Assembly (NCBI GenBank): GCA_002269645.1
Contig: NIVC01004986.1
Location: 1 to 29,440, forward strand
Reading direction: 5' to 3'
Origin: Macrostomum lignano
Taxonomy: Eukaryota
DNA: 29,440 nucleotides
In this document: positions 11,846 through 22,855 of the stretch, one piece after another
Layout: each line of letters starts with the position of its first letter
Numbering within the stretch: position 1 is the first letter of the stretch
The notes under the pieces: generated by a model
Told to the model about the DNA's origin: nothing
What the model saw: the letters and a program-made list of their open reading frames with translations, nothing else
Databases searched by the model: none
Made by a program: the position numbers and the translations under genes

Positions 11846-12803
11846 GGTTCTATGAAATTTGCTTGCCAAAGTTTGCTTGTAGGACTTTTACTTGTAGAAA
11901 TTTGCTTGCCAAAGTCTGCTTGCCAAACTTTGCTTGCAGAATTTTTGTTTGCCAAAGTCTACTTGCCAAACTTTGCTTGCAAAATTTTGCTTGCAGGAAA
12001 TTTGCTTGCTGCACATAAGCTTGCTGAAGTTTGCTTGCAGAACCTTGAAGAACCTATTATTGAGCTCTTGTATTTCTAGTTTTTATTTACTAAAATTCAT
12101 GGAAGTCACCTATAGTATTATGATTTTGTATGAGGATATGGCAGATTTGAAAAGCCCTAATGCAGAAATGGAATAATTTAGTTTTTTACTGGGTATATAT
12201 TCAACAAAAATTGGACACAATTTCAAACAATGCACATATCAAATGATTTAGGCAGCAAAATGTACAGAATAGATTTTTTGCAAATGAACATACATTGTAC
12301 ATCAATGTACATCATTTCTATCTACTAAGAGCCTGTTCTATAAAGCCATTGTAAGATAAGATCATTCTTAGCTCCTATCTCTGTAGTGTAAAAGTTCCAA
12401 CGTACAATCAAACTTATGCTACAATAGCTTTATAATACAACCCCTAAATTCTTAGAATAAAACTTTATAAGCCTAGTTTGAAAACTTAGTATCAAGTCAG
12501 TTTATATCGATACTGATAAGAATCCACTTCATGGACCAACTTCACAAGCAATCAAAACAAGCAGACAAGAAAATAATTTGGCAAGTTAAAACCTTGCAAT
12601 TGTGATTGTGAATTTCTAAGAAGCAGACATCAAAATTCTGCAAGCAAACTTCGGCAAGCAAAGTTCTTGCAAGCAAACTTCAGCAAGCAGAATTCTTGCA
12701 AACAAATTTCCTGCAAGCAAACTTGGCAAGCAAACTTCGGCTAGCTAAATTCCGCAAGCAAAGCTCAGCAAGCAAACTTCCTGCTAGCAAGCATCATACT
12801 CCC
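11846..12803. mobile_element. Foldback-like non-autonomous DNA element with inverted subterminal arrays of gcaagcaaactt-type units
   Basis: ttgcttgc-type array at about 11857-12040 and gcaagcaa-type array at about 12640-12792; GG...CC ends with weak TIR ggNNNtatga; flanking attgttaa at 11838-11845 and 12804-12811. Confidence 0.62.
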
Positions 12804-14486
12804 ATTGTTAAATAGTGACTAAGCGTTACAGTACAAGAATTCATGTAAATTAATAATTTACTTTGCCTATTAAATTAAAATTAAAATTAAAATTTAACTT
12901 AATTTTAATAATGCAAAATTTGAAATGTGTTTTTTTAAAAAGTAAAATTTTTTATTACTTATAATTTTAATAGTAAAAAAATAATAATTTAATTTAAAAT
13001 TTAAATTTAAATTTACTATGTAGTAATAATATTGTGAACTTGATGGAAATTTCAGGAAAATGTAAAATATTTAATAGTACAATAATTGAGAAAGTTTGCA
13101 AAGGTCACTACATAAATACCATAACATAGGCATAGTCCCTTTTGTTTTAAGGCATAATGAATTTGGCTGACTTTTACCAAAAATGATGAATTTTTATCAT
13201 TTACACTGGACTTAGGCCAACCCAATTTTCTATCAATTTTTAAAATAGGTATTTATACTAATACTATTTTTTCTAGACTAGACTGTTAGAAATGGAAATC
13301 TCTAGGATAATATTAAAACAGATTATAGTCATAGAGTATATGATAAATATAGGGCATAGGCCCTAATATTATTGGCAATCTTTCTAGGCCTATACCTTAT
13401 CTATCTAGCTTTTAGAAGTTCCAAAGATATTTTTCAAATAAAGATGATTGACAATATTCTTACCATCATTAGTCAAAACTTTTATGTTGTTTTAAATGAA
13501 ATAGTTGCAATGTAAAATAGATTAAAAATGATTAAAAAGGTCTTAAGACCTTTCTAATGCTTTAAGACTCAGAACAACTATCTAGACTATAGTCAAAATT
13601 TTTAAGCCTTAAGGAGAGTTATAAAAGTAAGCAACTTAAAAAGTTTGAATTTTATAGTTCATTTTTATTTTATATTTGTGCAATTAGCTTAAGTCAATTA
13701 GAAAAGGTAATAATAAGCAATCCAAAAAGCATATAAGTTGATTAAAAATTAACTCATAATAAGTGTTAATCCAATAAAGTTGACACAAAAATATAGAAAA
13801 TCTTGCACTTTTTTTCAAAACAGACTTCATAATATACTGTCTTTGCTTTTCCATCTTTTTAGCAAAACACAGAGGTCATCCAAGCAATTTCCAAGCAAAA
13901 AAGTATTAAATAATAATTGTAAAACTTGTATAATACTACTCAAAGTAAGCATACAATAAAATAAGTAACTTATTTATTTGAAACTCAAAAGCTAATTGGT
14001 TAATTATATAACATAAATAAGAAAGTTGTTTCAGTAGCATTAGCAGGTGCAGTAGAAAGTTACACAAGATAGGGAAAGAAGTGAATAAAATTGATTGATG
14101 CTCATGGGTAAACAATTAAGTTCACAATTTTAATGCAATGTAAAAAAGTTAATTAGTAAGAAGTTGTTATATTTTCATGATCAACATCATAAACAATGAG
14201 ATAAATTAAGCATTTCTATAAATTTTAATACATTTGTAATGTTGCAACTTCTCATCAGACTTATATTTTTGTTCTTTCTTTGTGTCTATCTTTGACATTG
14301 TCATTGATCAAAATGTCACTTCACGTTAATGTCCTCTGATTAATGACTGGTCATTAACTGTAAGACAAACAGCAATTTTAATTTAAAGGGCAAACCAGAC
14401 AAACAAAGCAACAATATATTCTTAATTAATTATGGTAAAGTCGTATCAAGTCATATTAAGCTCCATATCATTAGCTGTCTTATTTA

Positions 14487-15560
14487 TCAAACAAATTTGC
14501 ATTTGGACAAGGTGCAGTTGTTAAAGCTAAACTTTGCTATCACCAGATTTTCCTGATTAACGCTGGTGATTTGTATGTTTGACACCACATTGACAACCAG
14601 CTCACTGGCCCCAGAATTGCTTGGTCCTACATGTCTGGCCTGGTCACCTTTAACTTCTTCTTTAGTTTGCAGTGCCAATGCCGACGTCACAGCATAGCTG
14701 CTCGCTTGCAGAGATCGGTCCCGACATTTTGTAAGGTACCTGCATGCCGTTCATTCAGATGTCTGGCCGGTGATGGACATAATGTCGGCCAAGCTATGTC
14801 CCGCGGCCTCTAGATCCGTAATCCTGGTGACCCTAAGAAAATATGATCAATGATGATTACATTACTAATGCATGTAGTTTAAATGTTTTCTCTCAGATAA
14901 ATTAAAGATCTAAGATCTGTTATTGTTGAGATCAAAAAAATTAGTCGTACTACCTTATGCAATGGTTGGAATACAGCTTTGATAGCCCAGCCTTCTCACT
15001 CAAGTTATGCATGAATCAAACAAGATAGTTGACACCGCGATTCTGCTTTGTTGAATACGTAGGACTTCCATTCGCAGAGTTTGCCAGTGGCCATGGAAAT
15101 AGATGGTTCTATTTTCTTGGTTTCTTGGTTTCAACTAGTAGGTCTAGATATCGTCGTACCTTTTCAGTATCATAAATCCTTGCCTGCTTGTTGTTGGGTT
15201 TTGCTTTACTTCTCACTGGATCTGCGGACTTATTCTTAGACAGAAAAGGCGGGAGACAATAGAACTCCTTATCATCAGAGTCAGTGTGTAGCTCCAATGC
15301 ATCTCGTCATGTCAGATGCTGCAGGTGCTCTTGGCCTCTTTCGCCCAAGCAATATAGTATATAAAACAGAAATTTGTCTTGCTCTGCCACTGCCATACCT
15401 CCCTCAAAGTAGCATGCAATCTTTTGCATATCATCAGTCTCCAATTTCGATGTCTATGGCCTCCATTTTCGGCCATAGACAACTGCTTCACCAATGTTAT
15501 CTGTGGTACTGGCCATTGACATGAAGTGTACGCATCGATATTTTCTTTCCCGACTTTTCA
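14487..15560 (-). mobile_element. Decayed Crypton-type tyrosine recombinase gene (DUF3504-like), two exons
   Basis: One continuous minus-strand frame reads ...FYILYCLGERGQEHLQHLT*RD...EFY...SKN...ARIYD...HLFPWP...RGVNYLV*FMHNLSEKAGLSKLYSNHCIR, then a GT-AG intron at 14953-14833, then VTRITDLEAAGHSLADIMSITGQTSE*TACRYL...FSFNNCTL. HxxR box and catalytic Tyr are present, the His of TGH is replaced by Gln, and there are 5 in-frame stops. Confidence 0.85.
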
Positions 15561-15586
15561 CCGATAGACAATTCAATCAATGCAGC

Positions 15587-15685
15587 TAATATGAAGCACA
15601 AATTCAATTTAATGGCCAAATTGCCACTTGTGTGCTATGCGCACTCGTGCCCTTGGCCATTAACTTGAATTTGTGCTTCATATTA
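15587..15685. repeat. 33-bp inverted repeat (32/33 match, 33-bp spacer) upstream of the Crypton recombinase exon
   Basis: taatatgaagcacaaattcaatttaatggccaa at 15587-15619 versus ttggccattaacttgaatttgtgcttcatatta at 15653-15685. Confidence 0.9.
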
Positions 15686-18646
15686 ACCTACCATTAATGT
15701 TAACAATGAATTCATTGTTAACTCACAAAATTATTAATACTAATTTGTTAATATCCCTTGATATAAGCATCTTCCCAGATAGTAAGCATCCTACAGATAA
15801 TAGCCATTCTTAAATAGCAAGCATCCCTAGATAGAAGGAATCCCATACATGCCTGCTGAAAAATTCTGTGACAATTCAAACACATTTTGTGATCAAATCT
15901 GTCTCCAATAGTCATACCAGCTATCTTAATTCTGTGATTGAAACTCAAAAGAAATTTTGATAAAGCTAATAGTCCTTATTATCCTACTTGTAGTAGCAGC
16001 TTCTGAGTTTTTAATACCAAACAATTGTAAGATTTTATGCACTTTTTTAATTTACATTTTAGATAAATTAAGTATATTTGGAATAAAATGATGGCATAGC
16101 AATAAATATATATAAGATAGGGGATTTTGAACACTAATAAACTAATACACACATATTAATAATTGAAATCAGTGTAATACAAGCATACAAATCTATACAC
16201 AGGATGATATATAAATAACATATTGGTCAATTCTTGCCAGTAGATTAATTGTAATTGAAGACCTTGGGGCCTATACATCAGAATGGCATAGTTTAGTAGC
16301 AAATGCAAATAGATAATTAGCCAGCATAGTCGATTAGACCAAAGATCTAATGGAATTGCAGCTATATTGTTTGTTACAAATTTTTGTGGCCTAAACAAAG
16401 TTAAAGTTTGCAAATTTATTGTTCTTGCATTTTTTTCTCATATAGAATACCATTGTATATCTTAAAATTATTATATTATGTATTTGTAGTGACTGGAACA
16501 ATGGATTAACTCTACTAGCAAAGCTGTCAAAGCAAATGTATTTCAGTGCTTAAGATCCAAAGATGAGCAAGCATATTAGTATAAGATTAAAAGCCAGAGT
16601 AGTAGATATTAACAATGGTATACAACTGAAGGAACTGTAGAGTAGGAGATATAGCCATAGACTATATACTAAGTGTGACAAGCTTTGACTAGGACTATGT
16701 CAATATTATTGTGTCATTTCTTTGGATTTATATCTGTCTACAAGCTATTATTGCACTACTTTTATATTTGTTTATAGTACCTCATATCTTGCTTTGTAGC
16801 TTGCATGGTTGGCATAGTTTGATCTTTGCTTATCATTTTAATAGTTAATTGGCAAATTGTCAGATAGATTAGTTGATCCCCGTAAGACCAGTCAGCTATA
16901 CATATGCTTTTGAATTTATACGTGAGAGTCTCTATGAGTATTATAAGAGTCTTCAAATTAAAACATTCATATAAGCTGGCAGAAAAAGCAAAGCTCAACT
17001 CACCTCCAATTCAAATGTATCTTGATGCTTTTGATTGCAGGACTCGCTGCCATTAGCCTCAGTTATAGTCTATTTAGAAGCAACAATAGATGGAAAATTG
17101 ACAACTGGAGGCACTACACTTGGCTGACTTGACAAAATATAGTTGGGTTTATTATTTGTTTTAGGAGTTGCTCTGGTCAGTGTATGCTTGCTTTCCCATT
17201 TAGATTTTTTAGAAACAAGCTAAGATGTACATAGAGTATAGGGGTAATTTACTGTATATATATATTATATATACTTTGAAAGAATGTCAAATTCATTAGA
17301 GATTAGCTTAGCATTATGCCTCAATAAGCATATTATTTCATGTATTATTGATAGCAATAGTTTTGTCCTAGGGGTTACTTCTGTCTCTAATACAATGCCA
17401 CCAAAAGCTGTCATAGGGCTAATTTACTAATCTCTTAAGTGTTCTTCTTAGGTTGGTAGCTGCCACCAAGATTATCCTATTAATAAGTTATAAGTTTATC
17501 AATATTAGAATAATCTGAGAAATGTTTCTTAGAATAGGTCTGAGTATTTAGTCTGAGTATTATTCTGAGTATTAGTCTAAGTATTAGTCTGAGAAAAACT
17601 GTTAGCCCTGAAAGATTTTACTCTTCTGATTATTCTGGTAGCGTTTATTATTCTGGTAGCATTCTACTTAATAATGGCCTGAGTGGTATTTTGGCTTACT
17701 GGTATATGTATTTCATGTACTTTGCAAGTCCTTGGGCATTACCGAGATCAGAGGGTCATAGCCTTCGTTATTCTTACACGTATTACTTCAGATCTGCTTC
17801 GCAACTTCTTACTACTCAACACTGCTGCTTCTCAGTAGCATGTACTGTATATGCTTCGGTCTACTTCACTCTTATTTCTACAAATGAACAACTCGGGAAA
17901 TGGCTTCTCTTATATTTATTTGAAAACACTCCTTTCTTATTACTCTCACTTCTTTCGTAGGAACTGCACAAAGGCAAGTTGCTCTTCTCTCGGCTCAGAT
18001 CGCATCTATTTATACTAAAAATTTTAAGTAGTTTAAATAAAAATTAATTTGCGAAAATATTTTGGAAAATACGTATATTAAAACAAATCGTTTGCTTAGT
18101 TTTTGCCACGAATTTAAAAGCACTAAATCGTAGAAATATAGATCGCCCTTCACAGTTTCTTTTATTAATATTATTGTAAACTAAACTGACAACTGTATGT
18201 CTAACAAGTAGTAGTATAGATACTACACAACAATAATATAAAATAAAATAGAGCAATGTTTATAATGTGACAGAGTCCAAAACAGTAGCTGATCAGTCTT
18301 ACCAAAGGTGGCAGAAACTGTTTCTTGTCACTTCCCATCTTTCTTGAAAGCTTTGCTGCAGTTTTGCATTTCCCAATAGAAATCATGTCTTTGGCAATTT
18401 TTTTGTGTACTTTAAATCAGATCTAGAATCTGAGACTTGTACTATTTACCAGTGTATTTGTCCTTATCAAATAAGACTTTGAGCTGTATTAGAACTAAAA
18501 GGTCTGCATCATTGACTTGGAATAGAATATATTTAATGTTTAAGATAGTGTTCTATATATAATCTTGAATATTATACTGGTTGATTTTCTAAATATAATC
18601 TAAATATACTTCTAAATATACTTCCTATATACTAAAAATGAAAATA

Positions 18647-18692
<46 letters not shown>
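18647..18692. repeat. (GCTT)n microsatellite
   Basis: About 11 perfect units. Confidence 0.95.
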
Positions 18693-18694
<2 letters not shown>

Positions 18695-19386
18695 AATAGA
18701 TGGGAGATTTACTAAAAATGCAATTTAATATTTCAAAATCCAAAACAAAGTAAAAATTGTCTTTAAATTATCAAATTTTTTAGAAAGTAATCAATTTTGC
18801 TGCTTCTACTAGTTTACTATAACTTACATTAGCCAAGATAGCTAGGTCCATTTGTAATTGTGCATATATATAGTGCTAATTAAGTCACAAGGCATTTATA
18901 TCTCAAAGACCTTGAGAAAATGAAAAATTTTCATTTTTTCATTCTATGGATATTTTGGCAAACTAGAAAAATATTTCAAAAGAAAAGCTTTGCTTTTTTA
19001 TTAATATACCTAAGCTTAAAATGGCTATAGTAAGTCCTAAATGTTTGTTTTACTAAGCAAAAAATGTATTATATATAGTCAATAAAGTGGCTGCAGTATA
19101 TGTTTAAAAATTGTAAGGCTATATAATTATATGCATACTATATATGTAAGAATATTTTCTGTTAATATAATTGTTTTAACAAAATAGCAATGTATTATGC
19201 TTATATATATATGTTGCAAGGTATGCAAAAATTAAACACAGAACACACAGAGTATGAATATGTATATACTGTCCAATCATTAATATTTTATACCATCCCA
19301 AATTTAAAGTTTAATTCAGTTAAAGTAAGCATTTTTTGGCCCTTGCACAAGTACTTAAACAATACTTATTAATTCAAAACACTTAG

Positions 19387-19620
19387 CTGACGTGGAAAAA
19401 AACTCTAAAGAAGATTGGAGAAGGCCAGAAGGCATTTCAAGATATTTTCGACAAGTTTAATGAGTCCGTCAACCAAGCTCAGAAGGAGAAGTTTGAGAAT
19501 GAGCTCAAACGCGAGATTAAAAAGTTACAACGATACCGCGAACAGATTAAGACCTGGCAGGCGTCAAATGAGATTAAGGACAAGCGAAATCTTGCCGAGG
19601 CAAGAAAGAACATCGAGAGC
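19387..19620 (+). CDS. CNOT3: CNOT3 exon 2 (Not3 N-terminal coiled coil); contains an apparent 1-bp insertion in an A7 run
   Basis: Acceptor acttag|CT and donor AGC|gtaagt; downstream frame KTLKKIGEGQKAFQDIFDKF...QKEKFENELKREIKKLQRYREQIKTW; 234 nt where 233 are needed. Confidence 0.9.
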
Positions 19621-19697
19621 GTAAGTTATAGATTCAATGTACTTTTAAGTTCGCTGTGAATTGTTAGCAGAGATAATCTACAATCAATTCTCCTCAG

Positions 19698-19826
19698 GAT
19701 ATGGAACGGTTTAAGATAATCGAAAAGGAGACAAAGACCAAAGCCTACTCAAAAGAGGGGCTGGGCGCGGAGCAGAAGAAGGATCCGTTGCAAAAAGAAA
19801 AAGAGGACATCATGGACTGGGTTCGA
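19698..19826 (+). CDS. CNOT3: CNOT3 exon 3 ([22 protein letters not shown]...DWVR)
   Basis: Hallmark [18 protein letters not shown] motif; cctcag| and |gtgagt splice sites. Confidence 0.95.
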
Positions 19827-19909
19827 GTGAGTGTTCAAAGTTGCTTTTCAATAACGTTCCTTTGTCTATGCGCAGGTTTTTTAATTAATGTGTATATTCT
19901 TTGCAACAG

Positions 19910-20005
19910 GAGAACATCAGTACCCTTGAAAAGCAAATTGAAAAGCTGGAATACGACATCGAGCTGTTGATTGCGAATAGCAAAAAGAAGAAGTTAGATC
20001 GCGAT
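19910..20005 (+). CDS. CNOT3: CNOT3 exon 4 ([18 protein letters not shown]...KKKKLDRD)
   Basis: caacag| and |gtaagt splice sites; 32 codons, phase 0-0. Confidence 0.92.
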
Positions 20006-20091
20006 GTAAGTTAATAATAGAATTTAGCATCAAATTTTCCTTTATTTCTGTACTTGTCCTTCAGTTTCATTGCTTAAAAAATCTCTTTTAG

Positions 20092-20205
20092 AAGCAAGAC
20101 GAAATGGACTCAAAGAAAGACATTATTGGCAAGCATCGGTTCCACATTCACCGCCTCGAAGCCATCATGCGAATGCTGGACAATGACAACTTGGAGCTTG
20201 AGAAG
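20092..20205 (+). CDS. CNOT3: CNOT3 exon 5 (KQDEMD...HRFHIHRLEAIMRMLDNDNLELEK)
   Basis: ttttag| and |gtacaa splice sites; conserved HxxHIxxLExIxRxLDN motif. Confidence 0.92.
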
Positions 20206-20518
20206 GTACAAAACGTTTTTTTAAGAGTTCGATTTTTGACCAAAATTCCCGATTTCGGGCCTTGGGGACAGGGAAGCTCGGCGGTCGGGGTTTGTCTTGC
20301 AATGTCACACTTATGAGGACCAATCCACAATGCGCAGGGAGTGAACATGCTTGACGATTAGAAAGTCAGGGCAGCTGTACACCCTGTGTGAGTGTGAGTG
20401 CCTGCGTACACTATTGGCGCTTGCATGTGCTCAGTAGTCAGCGGAGCGGGCAGGATTGTCTCAGGCGCTGGTTGTGGGCCGATGGCAAGTCATCACCTTG
20501 TTTTATTAACTTTCCCAG

Positions 20519-20633
20519 GTGAAAGACATTAAAGACGACGTTGAGTATTACGTCAACCAAAATGAGGAAGCCGATTTCTGGGAGAACTACAACGAAAATA
20601 TCTACGACGAACTGGAGTTGGAAGATATTGGCG
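20519..20633 (+). CDS. CNOT3: CNOT3 exon 6 (VKDIKDDVEYYV...NENIYDELELEDIG)
   Basis: ttcccag| and |gtaggt splice sites; conserved IKDDVEYYV / NEnIYDdL motifs. Confidence 0.92.
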
Positions 20634-20772
20634 GTAGGTTGTTAATACTGTCCTTACTCGCTGACACAAATTTTCAGTAAATTTCTGAAGATCATCATCT
20701 ATTTTCTGTCATTCTCACGACCTTCGTAACACAGCGCTGCCGCTTTTATGACTCAATATCACAAATTTCTTA

Positions 20773-21543
20773 ACACAATCTCACGGCTTTCACTGATACA
20801 ATCTCACGGCTTTCACTGACACAATCTCACGGCTTTCATTGACAATCTCACGGCTTTCATTGACAATCTCACGGCTTTCACTGACACAATCTCACGGCTT
20901 TCATTGACAATCTCACGGCTTTCACTGACACAATCTCACGACTCACTGACACAATCTCACGGCTTTCACTGACACAATCTCACGGCTTTCATTGACAATC
21001 TCACGGCTTTCACTGACAAAATCTCACGGCTTTCACTGACACAATCTCACGGCTTTCACTGACACAATCTCATGACTCACTGACACAATCTCACGACTCA
21101 CTGACACAATCTCACGGCTTTCACTGACACAATCTCACGGCTTTCACTGACACAATCTCACGGCTTTCACTGACACAATCTCACGGCTTTCACTGACAAT
21201 CTCACGGCTTTCACTGACACAATCTCACGGCTTTCATTGACACAATCTCACGGCTTTCACTGACACAATCTCACGGCTTTCACTGACACAATCTCACGGC
21301 TTTCACTGACAATCTCACGGCTTTCACTGACACAATCTCACGGCTTTCATTGACACAATCTCACGGCTTTCACTGACACAATCTCACGGCTTTCACTGAC
21401 ACAATCTCATGACTCACTGACACAATCTCACGACTCACTGACACAATCTCACGGCTTTCACTGACACAATCTCACGGCTTTCACTGACACAATCTCACGA
21501 CTCACTGACACAATCTCACGACTTTCACTGACACAATCTCACA
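20773..21543. repeat. About 23-bp intronic minisatellite (gacacaatctcacggctttcact)
   Basis: About 34 tandem units with deletion variants; fills CNOT3 intron 6. Confidence 0.95.
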
Positions 21544-21589
21544 AGCCTTCCTGACGCTGGTATCCAACAACACCCTCCTACATCCGCAG

Positions 21590-22192
21590 CAATCCTCGCA
21601 ACTTCGCCGCACGACTCCGTTGACGAGACCACTCTGTCAGCCTCCATGGCAGCCGCAGCCGCCGCCGCCGCCTCTGCGACCCCAACGACAACGTCGGCAA
21701 CCAACGACAGTCAGCCTGCTGCTGCTCCACCGGCCGCATCAACCAGATCTGCATCCAGTGCATCCGCCGCCGCCACCACCGCTGCGACCGCTTATTCGGA
21801 GTCGACTCAGCCGCAGTCGCCGTCAACTCCGGCTTCGCAGTCCGCGCACCCGCAGCCTCCGCCGCCGTTGATTCTGCCTTCTCAGCATCAGCACAACCAG
21901 CAGCAGCAGCCGCTGATGTCCACCGCCGTTGCGAATCAGGCCGTTTCTTCTGGTTCTGCCGCTGCTCAGCCTCAGGCTGTGAAGTCACAGCTTCTGCCAC
22001 AGCAGCAACAACAGCAGCAACAACAGCAACAGCAGCAGCAGATGGCACAGAATGTCACTACAGGCGGCAGCAGTCAGGCTACAAACGATGGCTCGGATCG
22101 CGAAGGCTCGACCGCTTCTGTTTCTGAAGTGGCGTCGCCTTCGGTGCTGTCTGGCGGGCAGCTGAAATCGCAGGACCTGTTCTCTAATTTGG
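21590..22192 (+). CDS. CNOT3: CNOT3 exon 7 (low-complexity A/S/P/Q linker)
   Basis: ccgcag| and |gtgagt splice sites; phase 1-1, in frame with track ORF 21646 and with exons 6 and 8. Confidence 0.85.
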
Positions 22193-22229
22193 GTGAGTCA
22201 TTGTGGCGCCTCTGTTTTGTCAGCTTCAA

Positions 22230-22670
22230 GGTTATCCATCAAGGATGTGGTTTATCTACATCCTCCCAATGTTCAGGTGGAGGTTATCCACATCCTCCCA
22301 ATGTTCAGGTAGGGGTTATCCACATCCTCCCAATGTTCAGTTGGGGTTATCCGCATCCAATGTTCAGGTGGGGTTATCCACATCCTCCCAATGTTCAGTT
22401 GGGGTTATCCGCATCCAATGTTCAGGTGGGGTTATTCACATCCTCCCAATGTTCAGTTGGGGTTATCCGCATCCAATGTTCAGGTGGGGTTATCCACATC
22501 CTCCCAAAGTTCAGGTGGGGGTTATCCACATCCTCCCAATGTTCAGGTGGAGGTTATCCACATCCTCCCAATGTTCAGGTGGAGGGTATCCGCATCCTTT
22601 CAGTCTTGAGGGGTGGTTATCTACATTCTTACCAGTCTTTGGAGAAAAGTTATCCACATCCTCCCAACGC
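22230..22670. repeat. 32-33-bp intronic minisatellite (ggttatccacatcctcccaatgttcaggtgg)
   Basis: About 12 tandem units filling CNOT3 intron 7. Confidence 0.95.
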
Positions 22671-22704
22671 TCATTAATCCCATAATCCCCATAAATCCCT
22701 GCAG

Positions 22705-22822
22705 GCGGCAGCGCCAATTCGCAGTCCAGCAGTCAGGGGGGCGGCAGCGTCGGTGGCGGCGGTCTGCAATCGCTGCTCAGACTGAGCCAGGCGGGCCTGA
22801 CGCCGCAGCACCAGTTGCTTCT

Positions 22823-22855
<33 letters not shown>

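Noticed and set aside
14487-15560. Stop-codon reassignment or readthrough explaining the in-frame TAG/TGA in the Crypton gene
   Set aside because: Host genes end in TAA and TGA normally; transition mutation explains the stops, and a catalytic His is also lost
15748-17000. Short minus ORFs upstream of the Crypton gene
   Set aside because: No recognisable motifs; could be decayed element sequence but not supportable
22203-22685. ORFs through CNOT3 intron 7, including the 3' half of track ORF 21646-22677
   Set aside because: Read-through into a repeat; strong donor at 22192 and acceptor at 22704 define the intron
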